NCBI GenBank assembly: GCA_035776755.1
Contig: DASTWS010000015.1
Span: 5,474-69,473 of the forward strand
DNA: 64,000 nt
Source: Verrucomicrobiia bacterium
Lineage (GTDB): Bacteria > Verrucomicrobiota > Verrucomicrobiia > Limisphaerales > UBA11358
Direction of reading: 5' to 3'
In this document: positions 40,588 through 49,937 of the stretch, piece by piece
Numbering within the stretch: the stretch's first letter is position 1
Layout: every line of letters starts with the position of its first letter
Made by a program: the position numbers and the translations under genes
Notes under the pieces: model-generated
Seen by the model: the letters and a program-made list of their open reading frames with translations, nothing else
Told to the model about the DNA's origin: nothing
Databases searched by the model: none

Positions 40588-42552
40588 TCATTTCTGCAGC
40601 CGGACGCACAACACGGTGAATGAATCCGGCGGAAACGAATGCGTGAATTTGATCGCGGCATTTGAGACCGCTGATTCAATCGGAACAATTTTTCGCGGGT
40701 TTTTCATCGAGTTTTCGTCGTCCGGATTTCCGGCCAAAACAATTTCCGTGGCGTTTGGCAAAACCGGTTTTGCGCCGGGCAAATTGATTTCAACGATCTG
40801 TGCCGTATTCGCCGGATTGACCACTTTCAGAATGACTTCTCCCGATGCTTCATCGCGCACGGCGTTGGCGTAAATATTTTGAATTCCGGCGGCATTGGTT
40901 TCCACACCGCCAATCCGCGTTGGCAAAACGACATCGCCACGATTTCGCGCGAACATTTGCTGGACAAAATAGTTTGGCGTTTCGCAAACATGCAAACTGT
41001 CCACCCAGATCAAATCGGGCTTCCATTGCCATGCTTCCGTGTTTGCAAACAGCGGCGCGTAGCTGGCCATGCGGACGACATCGGCATTACGTTCGAGGCC
41101 GGTCATGTAAGCGGCTTCGGCAAGCGCGCATTCCAAATTGTTTTTATTTTTAACGCTGACGACTTTGTCGCTTTGCGCGGCGTATTCGCCCATGAAAACT
41201 TTCGGTCCGGTGCGATCATAATTGTCGTAGCGATGGGTGTTGGCAAAAAACCATTCCGGCCGCGCGTAGCAGTGTTCGTCAATGATGTCGGCGTGCAGGG
41301 CGGACAATTTAGACCAGGCAAATTTGAACCGGCTGTCCGCGGGATCCGGACCGGCGGCGGAGACGAGTTGCATCTCCGGATATTCGGCTTTGATCGCCGC
41401 GGCGAATTTTTCGTAGCGGTCAATGTATTGCTGTCCCCATTGTTCATTGCCGACGCCAAGCAGTTTGAGATGGAATGGTTCGGGGTGTCCCAGCGCGGCG
41501 CGTTTTGCGCCCCAGGCCGTATTTGTGTTGCCGTTGGCGAATTCAATCAGATCCAGCGCGTCCTGGATGTAAGGATCCAATTCGTCCATCGGGCAAAGTT
41601 CGCCGGAATTGAATTGGCACGCCATGCCGCAATTCAAGATCGGCAACGGTTGGGCGCCGATGTCTTCGCATAATTGAAAATATTCATAAAAGCCAAGCCC
41701 GAACGATTGGAAATAATCCGGGGTGGGGCGATGCACAAATTCGTAATTCCAACGATTGATCAGCAAATGACGATCTTCAACCGGACCGATGGTGTTTTTC
41801 CATTGATAGCGTCGGGACAGAACGCTGCCTTCCACGATGCAACCGCCGGGAAACCGCAAAAAGCCCGGATGCATATCGGCAAGAGCTTGCACCATATCCG
41901 CGCGCAATCCGCCGGGACGATTTTTCCAGGTGCGTTGCGGAAAGAGCGAAACCATATCGAGATCAACAATTCCCCGGCCTTCGAGCACGACTGCGAGGCG
42001 CGCTTTGGCGTCGGTGTCTTTTGGATGCAGCGTGAGGGAATATTTTTTCCATCCGGCGGAAAAATTGTTCAATGTCACATCATCCAGCAACGCGCCGTCA
42101 CCGCCGTAAAGTTGAACATGTAAAACCGGCGCGCCGTCCACGCCGCGGATTTGCGCGGAGAAATTGTAGCTGTCGCCTTTGCGCACGCCCATGCCGCGAA
42201 AGCCTTCGTTGGAAAGGCCGAACGGCGCGGTTCCCTCGGATTGAAGACGGACGTAATGCGGATTGTTCGTGTCGAAGGGTGAATCGTCCCGCACGGTCCA
42301 TTCGCCTTTGGCAAGCGAAGGCGAAATTTTGATCCAGCCCATGAGCGGGTCGGGAAATTCAAAGCTGCGATTTTTTACCAATTCAGCATAAAGCCCGCCG
42401 TCGGCGCCGAAATTGATATCTTCGAAGAAAATTCCCCACATCGCCGGATTGATTTGCGCGCCAGGTTTATCAACTTGAATGGTGATTGTCGGCGCGGCCT
42501 GCGCGGACAAAACGGCTGCGGTTAAAAATGTGAGAGAAGATTTAAGCATCAT
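40588..42552 (-). CDS. Alpha-L-arabinofuranosidase (GH51), exported
   Basis: GIFFEDIN..ADGGLYAELV.NRSFE, RFPGGC, VGNE, GEYA, ERNADVV and YAPL. Confidence 0.92.
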   Translation of the reverse strand: MMLKSSLTFLTAAVLSAQAAPTITIQVDKPGAQINPAMWGIFFEDINFGADGGLYAELVKNRSFEFPDPLMGWIKISPSLAKGEWTVRDDSPFDTNNPHYVRLQSEGTAPFGLSNEGFRGMGVRKGDSYNFSAQIRGVDGAPVLHVQLYGGDGALLDDVTLNNFSAGWKKYSLTLHPKDTDAKARLAVVLEGRGIVDLDMVSLFPQRTWKNRPGGLRADMVQALADMHPGFLRFPGGCIVEGSVLSRRYQWKNTIGPVEDRHLLINRWNYEFVHRPTPDYFQSFGLGFYEYFQLCEDIGAQPLPILNCGMACQFNSGELCPMDELDPYIQDALDLIEFANGNTNTAWGAKRAALGHPEPFHLKLLGVGNEQWGQQYIDRYEKFAAAIKAEYPEMQLVSAAGPDPADSRFKFAWSKLSALHADIIDEHCYARPEWFFANTHRYDNYDRTGPKVFMGEYAAQSDKVVSVKNKNNLECALAEAAYMTGLERNADVVRMASYAPLFANTEAWQWKPDLIWVDSLHVCETPNYFVQQMFARNRGDVVLPTRIGGVETNAAGIQNIYANAVRDEASGEVILKVVNPANTAQIVEINLPGAKPVLPNATEIVLAGNPDDENSMKNPRKIVPIESAVSNAAIKFTHSFPPDSFTVLCVRLQK

Positions 42553-42561
42553 AGTTTCTGA

Positions 42562-44997
42562 TTATCGTTGCAGCCGGAAAAATTTTGCAGCGTTGGTTTT
42601 AGGAATCGTCAACAACCATTGATCCGCCGACAGCGTAGGACTTTGTGTGACGGAAGTCCATGCGCTGGCCGACAAGTCATCTGAAAATTGCGGCGTAAAT
42701 CCGATTGCCCACGCAGGCCATGAAACGGTCGTGTTCGCCGGACTGTTCGAAACCGAAACGCTGACCGGCAGCGCCAATTCATTTGGGCCAAATTGATAAT
42801 CCACGGCAATTTGTCGCGGTGTCAGGCGGCCGTCATAAATCCGGAATTCATCAATCGAACCGTTCAACCAGGCGTCGGAACTGAATAACGACCGGCCGAG
42901 AAATGACCAGGCAGTGCTGACGGAATTAAATTTTGGCCAGGACGCGGCCATCGCCTGTTCAAGAACGGCGTTCGTGTAAATGGCGGCGTAATTGTTTGTC
43001 GGGTCAACAATGCAGGTAACAAAAACAGTGCGATGGTCGAGAATACCCGGAACATCCACGGTCACGGCCGTGTTGTTTTTTATTTCCATCCGCTGACCGC
43101 CGAGCGACGTGTGCGGGCTGAAAAAGAAATATTGCGTTCCGGATGAACCGGAGATGTTTCCGAAATCGAACACGCGCGCCCAATCTCCATTCGCGCCAAA
43201 CGTCGCCCAGAATTCGATTGTCACCGCCGATGAGCCGCTGACGAGGCCGCCGGGTAAATTGACATAACTGCCCGAAGCGCCGGGCAATTCGAGCGCGCCA
43301 TTCGTGATGATGGCATTTCCCATGAGCGTGCCATGCGCCATGCCGATCGAATCCCACGCGACGTTTGTATTCGTATTAAAACTATAGCGATGAGCGAGTG
43401 CGGGATGCGCGTAAGCGACATCGCGGATTTCCTGCGGGCTTAAAGCGCGGCCGAACACGCGAAAGGAATCGATCTCGCCGTTAAAATACGGGTCGGTGGA
43501 AAATTGGCTTTTGCCGAGGAAATTGCTTTTGCATAAAAGCTGCCACGGGCGGATGGTGACGGCATTTGTCGCGACGGGGATTGCGTTCAAGTAAAGGATT
43601 CCTTGCGAGCCATCGAGCGTGACGGCGACATGGCACCATGAATTTGTGGGCAGGGCTGTCGGCGCGTCGATTTGTTGTTCGTGAGTATTGCCGTTGCTGG
43701 TGATGGCGAAACGCATTTGGCCGGTGCTGGCGCGCGGCGTCAGGAAAAAGTATTTGGTCGTGTTGCTGCCGAAATCAAAAATGCGTTGCCAATCATCGCC
43801 ACCGTTCCATTTCACCCATGCCGCGAACGTGCTGGCATTCGCGACCGGATTGGCGAGCGAAACGTAATTTATGTTTCCATCGAGATAAAGTCCCGCCGCG
43901 GTCGAATCGCGTTCCGGTTCGCTGGTGATGCTTGCGCCGTTTTGCATCGTGCCGTTGTAAAGGCCGGAATGGTCGCGGGCGTCGAGATCGAACGGATAAA
44001 AGGCGCTCCAATCATTCGTGATGGAAGGCCAGCCGTCGTCCGTCCAATAAATGCGGTTCATGCCAACGGTTGCGATGCCGTAATTATTGCCGTCGTAATA
44101 ATGATATGTGAACCAATTGGTGCCGTTGTCGTTCATGATGGCGGCATGACCCGGGCCGATGAATCGTCCGGTGCTTTCCAATAACATCGTGCCGCCGCCG
44201 TTGATCATATTGATGCCATTTTTATCGAGATACGGACCGCTCACGCTGGTGCTGCGGCCCACGCGAATGTTGTATGTGCTGTCGGCGCCGGCGCAACAGC
44301 CGCCGAAATTAACGAATAAATAGTAATAATTTCCGTGGCGATAAAGGCAGGAACCTTCTTCGGTATTGCTGAAAAAAACCGGGCCATTGTTGGAAACGCG
44401 ATAAATCGGCGAACCGGGTGAAATGCGTTTGCCGGTAGCCGGATCCAATTGCATGATGAGAATTCCATCGGAATACGAACCGAACGCCATCCAGACACTG
44501 CCGTCGTTGTCCACAAGAATGCTTGGATCAATGCAATTGTATGCCGTCAGGTCGGTTGTCGCATTCGTCGCGAAATTCGGATTCGATTGGATGACTTTTC
44601 CTTGATCTGTCCAAACCGGCGACGTCAGCGACGGCGACGTGACCAATCCGATCGCGGAATTGATCGTGCCCCAGTCCGAGCAGGCGTAATAAAGATTGTA
44701 GCGCCCGTTGAAATAGGCGATATCGGGCGCCCAAAAATATCCGGTGAAACCCGGAACGGAATTGGAAGTCCACGCCGGCGGGCCGTTGGGGAATACTGCG
44801 CCGGTGCCGGACCAATTTCTCAGATCGCTCGACTTCATTCCGGAAATGCCCTGGCCATCACCATAAATGAAATAATTTCCATCGTCCTTGATCATCGTGC
44901 CCGGGTCGTGCAAATAATAATTTCCATAAAAAGGCATTTGCGCGAAAGCCGGAGGCACCAACGCAAACAGGAATACGACTGCAATTCTCAACAACAT
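42562..44997 (-). CDS. GH43 endo-arabinanase-like enzyme with two LamG domains and a C-terminal F[FY]R domain
   Basis: HDP, WAPD, IDP, FGS, EG and GPGH GH43 motifs; LamG WQRIFDFG and WARVFDFG; ends AAKFFRLQR. Confidence 0.88.
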   Translation of the reverse strand: MLLRIAVVFLFALVPPAFAQMPFYGNYYLHDPGTMIKDDGNYFIYGDGQGISGMKSSDLRNWSGTGAVFPNGPPAWTSNSVPGFTGYFWAPDIAYFNGRYNLYYACSDWGTINSAIGLVTSPSLTSPVWTDQGKVIQSNPNFATNATTDLTAYNCIDPSILVDNDGSVWMAFGSYSDGILIMQLDPATGKRISPGSPIYRVSNNGPVFFSNTEEGSCLYRHGNYYYLFVNFGGCCAGADSTYNIRVGRSTSVSGPYLDKNGINMINGGGTMLLESTGRFIGPGHAAIMNDNGTNWFTYHYYDGNNYGIATVGMNRIYWTDDGWPSITNDWSAFYPFDLDARDHSGLYNGTMQNGASITSEPERDSTAAGLYLDGNINYVSLANPVANASTFAAWVKWNGGDDWQRIFDFGSNTTKYFFLTPRASTGQMRFAITSNGNTHEQQIDAPTALPTNSWCHVAVTLDGSQGILYLNAIPVATNAVTIRPWQLLCKSNFLGKSQFSTDPYFNGEIDSFRVFGRALSPQEIRDVAYAHPALAHRYSFNTNTNVAWDSIGMAHGTLMGNAIITNGALELPGASGSYVNLPGGLVSGSSAVTIEFWATFGANGDWARVFDFGNISGSSGTQYFFFSPHTSLGGQRMEIKNNTAVTVDVPGILDHRTVFVTCIVDPTNNYAAIYTNAVLEQAMAASWPKFNSVSTAWSFLGRSLFSSDAWLNGSIDEFRIYDGRLTPRQIAVDYQFGPNELALPVSVSVSNSPANTTVSWPAWAIGFTPQFSDDLSASAWTSVTQSPTLSADQWLLTIPKTNAAKFFRLQR

Positions 44998-45025
44998 GCG
45001 TTTGTTTTGACGGTTCAAGACTGAC

Positions 45026-45064
45026 AAAAAGGCCGCGTGGCAACAAATGACAATTCCACGCGGC
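45026..45064 (-). terminator. Intrinsic terminator-like hairpin after the LamG gene
   Basis: 9-bp stem gccgcgtgg / ccacgcggc with a U5 tract on the minus strand (aaaaa 45026-45030). Confidence 0.7.
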
Positions 45065-45082
45065 AATTTTTCGATACTTAAA

Positions 45083-47098
45083 TCACTGTTGCAACCGGAA
45101 AAATTGAACTGCGCTGCTGACCGGAACGGTCATTTGAAATTGGCCGCCGGCGATTGTGATTTGGCGGTTGACGGTTGTCCAGTTTGCGCCCGGACCGAGC
45201 GTGGGCGATGACATCAACGTGTTGAGCGCGGAATTGGTCGGCCAGTTCACCGTGATATTTCCTCCGGAGACAGTCGCGGACAACGATACGTTTAGGTTGG
45301 TGCCAATCAATTGATCCGGGCCGAGCGCATAATCCGCGGCAATTTGTCCCGTCGTGAGCGGGCCGTTGTAAATGCGGAATTCATCGATCGTGGCTGTCAG
45401 CGACGGATCTGCCGCATAAAGCGACAAGCCGATGTAATTCAGCGGATCCGCGCCAAGAGTCGCGGGCAGCGAAAGTGTCACGTTGTTATTGATCGAGGCG
45501 AGAATTCCGTTGGTATACAGGGCGACATAGCCGGCATACGGATGATAGACGCAAACGATATGCACATTTCCCAGGTAATTGGTCACGCCGCCATTCACCA
45601 ATTGGAGCAAAGCGTCCTGTTCATCGGAAGAACCCGGATCGCCGGCGCCAAACAATAGTCCGGCAGTTGTGTCGTTCGTGCCGCGGTATGGCTGGAAGGC
45701 GATATAATTCATGCCCAGTGGCGATGGAGCGGTGTCCTGGTCGCCGAACGCAAAGAGCGGAGCATATGCTTGCGGCGTTCCAAAATTCGCCCACGCTTCC
45801 ACCGTCACGGCGTCCATATCGCTGACGATGCCGGCGGGCAACTGGATGTATTGATAGTCAATCGAGCTGTCCAATGTGACTTTTCCTCCGCCGAGCGTTG
45901 CGCCGTCATACAAAGTGCCATCCCATGAAGGCCCGCCGACCGAATCAGCGGTCGTGCTGCCGGATGATTCGCTGAAGCTGTATCGGTGAACCAGGCTGTT
46001 CGTGAATGGAGTTACGGTAAACAACACGGTATTCGCGCTGGCGAATGTTCCGAATGAACTGTTGGTGTAAAGTGCCGACACGAGCGATGTGCCGGGATTG
46101 ATTGCCGTTGCCACTCCCGAAGCTGAAACTGTCAGGACATTTGTGTTGCTGGAAAAATAGAGGATCGTTCCGCCGCCGGATTGGGCAGCGTCAAGATAGG
46201 CGAGGGGAACATCCGACATATTCGCGAAATTTCCGACGGCCAGCGCGGGTTGAAATGTTCCGGCCATCATATTGGTGACGCTGGCTTGAACGGCGACGCT
46301 GTTTAACGTTCCTAACGAATTGGTGACCGTCGCGATCGTATTTGTGCCATCGTCAACAATGGAAATTTCATTGGTATCAAATTTTTTGCCGTAACAGAGA
46401 AAAATACCTCGCGCAATCAGGCTTTGGATAAATGCCGTGTTTCCGTTGGTCAAAACCAATTTACCGCCGGCCAGGTTTATCCAGCGGGTAAGGTCGGATG
46501 AGATGCCGCCGAAAGCGCCGGCGTTGGGCGTTCCCGCCAAAAGCCCAACCGCTATATTGGCTGTTGAATTGTCATAAAGATTCAGGTGTCCGCCTGTGAT
46601 CAGATATTTTGTGGTGATCGTGGAGCTGTCATACATGTTGAAATCCACATTTGGTCCGCCGGCAAACCAAAACGGGTCGCCGATAAAAATGCTGTCGCCC
46701 GACGTATAGGACGCGGTTCCAAACAGATTGACCGTGGTTTTTGGCCCGCCGATCGCGCCGACTGGACAGAATCCAAAGCCAGCATTCACGGAACCATAAA
46801 TATTCAAAGTTTCGCCCCATTCAGGACCGAAAAGTTGGTCTTGGAGAATCACGTGGTCGGAGGCGCTGATCACGATTGGCGTCGGCGTCGGCGTGGGAAA
46901 ACCCGTGCCGATGAAAATCTGAAACGTCGTGCCGTCATTGACCGGCGCCGTGCCGCCTACCCAATTGGCGCCCTGGCTCCAGGTGGAGGCGTCGCCGCCG
47001 GCTGACCAGGAATAATTTGTCGTTTGCGCAAGGACGCTGCCAGCCAAACACATTGTCAAAACAACGGTTGCGGCATAAACCAATATTTTTGATTTCAT
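45083..47098 (-). CDS. Exported non-catalytic beta-rich protein (Ig-like, LamG and C-terminal F[FY]R domain)
   Basis: Signal peptide; SSNTNVLTVSASG Big_2-like motif; LVHRYSF...IDEFRIY LamG; ends VQFFRLQQ. Confidence 0.75.
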   Translation of the reverse strand: MKSKILVYAATVVLTMCLAGSVLAQTTNYSWSAGGDASTWSQGANWVGGTAPVNDGTTFQIFIGTGFPTPTPTPIVISASDHVILQDQLFGPEWGETLNIYGSVNAGFGFCPVGAIGGPKTTVNLFGTASYTSGDSIFIGDPFWFAGGPNVDFNMYDSSTITTKYLITGGHLNLYDNSTANIAVGLLAGTPNAGAFGGISSDLTRWINLAGGKLVLTNGNTAFIQSLIARGIFLCYGKKFDTNEISIVDDGTNTIATVTNSLGTLNSVAVQASVTNMMAGTFQPALAVGNFANMSDVPLAYLDAAQSGGGTILYFSSNTNVLTVSASGVATAINPGTSLVSALYTNSSFGTFASANTVLFTVTPFTNSLVHRYSFSESSGSTTADSVGGPSWDGTLYDGATLGGGKVTLDSSIDYQYIQLPAGIVSDMDAVTVEAWANFGTPQAYAPLFAFGDQDTAPSPLGMNYIAFQPYRGTNDTTAGLLFGAGDPGSSDEQDALLQLVNGGVTNYLGNVHIVCVYHPYAGYVALYTNGILASINNNVTLSLPATLGADPLNYIGLSLYAADPSLTATIDEFRIYNGPLTTGQIAADYALGPDQLIGTNLNVSLSATVSGGNITVNWPTNSALNTLMSSPTLGPGANWTTVNRQITIAGGQFQMTVPVSSAVQFFRLQQ

Positions 47099-47137
47099 AA
47101 TGCTGTCATTTTTTGGGTTGAGGTTGAAACTTTGGTC

Positions 47138-47935
47138 TCAGAAAACGAAATAAGGAACGCCGCTGCCGCCGAAGTAATGATTGGCCACGCTCGCCGCGCC
47201 CACTTTGTGAAACATCAATTTGAACGGACGCCATTCCGCATGGCCATCCACAAACAAAATGTTCGCGCCGGCCGGAAGGCTGCCGTTCAAATGGCTCGTC
47301 CGCTGGATGACGCTTGAGGGCAATCCGCCAACGGAAAGTTTGGAGTAGCTGAAAGTGCCCGGATCTTGAACAACGACATCCAACACCAATTCCGCCTCCG
47401 TCGGCGATGGACGTCCGGGAATGGCCAGCGTATTGGTCTTCCAATATGGCGATTCGGGCGCGCCACCGGCATTCATTCCGCCTCCGGGCAACAGCCACAC
47501 ATAACCAGTGATCCGAAAACCGCCGTTGGCGTCATTGCTGGTGCCGGCGACGCCGAAATTCCACGTGTCATCGCAATTGAAATCGGGATTCGATGGACAA
47601 TAAAAAATGTTGCGGCTGCCGCCGTCGCGGATGATTTCATCCACTAAATTTGTGGACATGTCCCACGCCCACAGTCCTGATGCCGTGGGCGGATTGGGCG
47701 TGTAAGGCCTGACTCTCAAATCCGGCAGCAGATTATCATTGTCGTTGGCATAAATCTGAAAGGCGATGCCTTGCTGATGCAAATTGCTTTTACAAGCGGC
47801 TTTGCGCCCGGCTTCTTTGGCTTTGGCCAATGCGGGCAACAATATGGCGGCCAAAATCGCGATGATCGCGATGACCACCAATAACTCGATCAAAGTAAAG
47901 GCGCGAATGCGACGACGGCTTTGGTGTTTGGGCAT
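47138..47935 (-). CDS. Prepilin-type N-terminal cleavage/methylation protein with H-X9-DG-like C-terminal motif (DUF1559-like)
   Basis: [40 protein letters not shown] and SH...[10 protein letters not shown]. Confidence 0.9.
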   Translation of the reverse strand: MPKHQSRRRIRAFTLIELLVVIAIIAILAAILLPALAKAKEAGRKAACKSNLHQQGIAFQIYANDNDNLLPDLRVRPYTPNPPTASGLWAWDMSTNLVDEIIRDGGSRNIFYCPSNPDFNCDDTWNFGVAGTSNDANGGFRITGYVWLLPGGGMNAGGAPESPYWKTNTLAIPGRPSPTEAELVLDVVVQDPGTFSYSKLSVGGLPSSVIQRTSHLNGSLPAGANILFVDGHAEWRPFKLMFHKVGAASVANHYFGGSGVPYFVF

Positions 47936-48057
47936 GGTTTGTTGGCTTTCATTTCAACATGCGTTGTTCGATGGATAAACCCGACACGGCTTTTCGGATT
48001 TTTTTGTGCGATCTGATTTTTCGTGCGCATCGCGAAGATTTTTGCCAATCTGCGCGG

Positions 48058-48684
48058 ATGTTCTCGCTTCAACAATTTTTCGGAAAAGGCGAGCGGTTTC
48101 AGGAACTTCTCGAAGCAGCCGCAAAAGAATCGCACGAAAGCGTCCGGCTGGTCATCGAATTGATGAAATCGCCGCGCAACACGCAAAATTTTGACGATCT
48201 GATTCTGGCCCGGCGCAAAGAGAAAAAGATTTCCGAGCAGATCAGTTCCGAACTGGTAAAAACGTTTGTCACCGGCCTCGAACGCGAAGACATCGAAGCG
48301 CTTGCGCGCGGATTGTTTCGTATTCCCAAAACCGCGGAAAAGCTGGCCGAACGTCTCGCGCTGGCGAACCGGCAATTGGACGGCGTGGATTTTTCCAAGC
48401 AGGCGGAAATGATGGCCAAAGCCACGGACGCCGTTCACGGAATGGTCAAGGAATTGCGCAGCATGGACCTGGAAAAACTCAAAACGTTCAACGACCGGCT
48501 GCAGATCGTTGAAATTGAATCGGATAAACACATGAACGAATTATTGCGCGACCTTTACGGCGGCAAATACGAGCCGCTTCGCGCCATGGCCATCCGCGAT
48601 GTTTACGAATTGATGGAAAAAGTCGTTGATCGCTGTCACGATGCCGGCAACGTGGTCATGCAAATTGTCCTGAAAAATTCTTGA
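48058..48684 (+). CDS. DUF47 (PhoU-like) Pit accessory protein
   Basis: TFVT..EREDI..L, E.ESD and E..VDRC.D; directly upstream of pit. Confidence 0.85.
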   Translation: MFSLQQFFGKGERFQELLEAAAKESHESVRLVIELMKSPRNTQNFDDLILARRKEKKISEQISSELVKTFVTGLEREDIEALARGLFRIPKTAEKLAERLALANRQLDGVDFSKQAEMMAKATDAVHGMVKELRSMDLEKLKTFNDRLQIVEIESDKHMNELLRDLYGGKYEPLRAMAIRDVYELMEKVVDRCHDAGNVVMQIVLKNS

Positions 48685-48715
48685 GGCCGAAAATCAGAAC
48701 CTGTTTGTCTTAAAT

Positions 48716-49810
48716 ATGTTGCTGATTCTCACGGTCATTTTCGTCGCGTTGATTTTTACCTACATCAACGGTTTTCATGACACGGCCAATTCCATCGCCA
48801 CCGTCGTTTCAACAAAAGTTCTTTCACCGCGCCAGGCCGTCTTGCTCGCGGCGGTGACAAATCTCATCGGCGCGTTCTTCGGTTCCGCGGTTGCGACAAC
48901 GATTGCGTCCGGCCTCGTGGACGCGCAAATCGCCACCATGCCGGTTGTCTGCTGCGCGTTGCTCGCGGCGATTGCATGGAATTTGATCACGTGGTGGTCG
49001 GGAATGCCATCGTCATCATCGCATGCTTTGGTCGGCGGACTTTGCGGCGCGGTTTTGGCCGCGTCGGGTAATCGTTTGTCGGCAATTATCTGGTCGGTGC
49101 CGGGAAAAGTTCATTGGTGGGACGGCAAAGGAGTTTTATGGAAGGTGATTGTGCCAATGATCACATCGCCGCTCGTCGGGTTCGTTGTCGGTTTTTTAAT
49201 GATGGCGATCCTTTATTTTCTTTTGCGGAATTGGAAACCGACTTCGGTCAATAAACTTTTCGGTAAATTACAATTATGCAGTTCTGCTTACATGGGATTC
49301 GCTCACGGCACCAACGACGCCCAAAAAACGATGGGCTTGATCGCCCTGGCGTTGATGACGGCGACGATGAACGGGAACTTTGATTCACTTCCCGCATGGC
49401 TTTCATTCTTAAAAACACCCGAGCCCGCCGCCGGCCAGACGCTGGCCATCGCCGCGTGGATAAAAATTCTTTGCGCGCTGACGATGTGCGCAGGGACAGC
49501 CGTCGGAGGCTGGCGCATCATCAAAACGCTCGGTCATAAAATGGTGAAATTGCATCCCGTTCACGGCTTCGCCGCCGAAGCGACCGGCGCCAGTGTGTTG
49601 GTGGTGGCCGCGCATTACGGAATGCCTGTCTCCACGACGCATGCCGTCACGACTTCCATCATGGGCGTGGGCTGCGCGAAAAGCTTTAACGCGCTGAAAC
49701 TGACCGTCGTTGAACGCATCCTCTGGGCCTGGGTCATGACGTTGCCGGCCAGCGCGGCAATTGCTTACGGATTCGTCTATTTCGCCCAATGGCTTCATTG
49801 GCTAAAGTAA
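48716..49810 (+). CDS. pit: Inorganic phosphate transporter (PiT family)
   Basis: NGFHDTAN, PSSSSHA, HGTNDAQK and PVSTTH. Confidence 0.95.
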   Translation: MLLILTVIFVALIFTYINGFHDTANSIATVVSTKVLSPRQAVLLAAVTNLIGAFFGSAVATTIASGLVDAQIATMPVVCCALLAAIAWNLITWWSGMPSSSSHALVGGLCGAVLAASGNRLSAIIWSVPGKVHWWDGKGVLWKVIVPMITSPLVGFVVGFLMMAILYFLLRNWKPTSVNKLFGKLQLCSSAYMGFAHGTNDAQKTMGLIALALMTATMNGNFDSLPAWLSFLKTPEPAAGQTLAIAAWIKILCALTMCAGTAVGGWRIIKTLGHKMVKLHPVHGFAAEATGASVLVVAAHYGMPVSTTHAVTTSIMGVGCAKSFNALKLTVVERILWAWVMTLPASAAIAYGFVYFAQWLHWLK

Positions 49811-49937
49811 AGACAGGTTGAGCAAAATCAGGACACCTTTTATCTTCGGGCATGATAAAAACCCTTATTAACAGGTTTTGACGACTGGCATGACATCTGC
49901 CAGATTCTGCCCGTCGAAGGTATCCTGTTTCCAATTT

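Noticed and set aside
49826..49842. GACACCTTTT upstream of S53-1 as the left end of an element ending at the AAAGGGGTC motif near 54500
   Set aside because: The match is too short, and S53-1 has native composition; it cannot be distinguished from chance.
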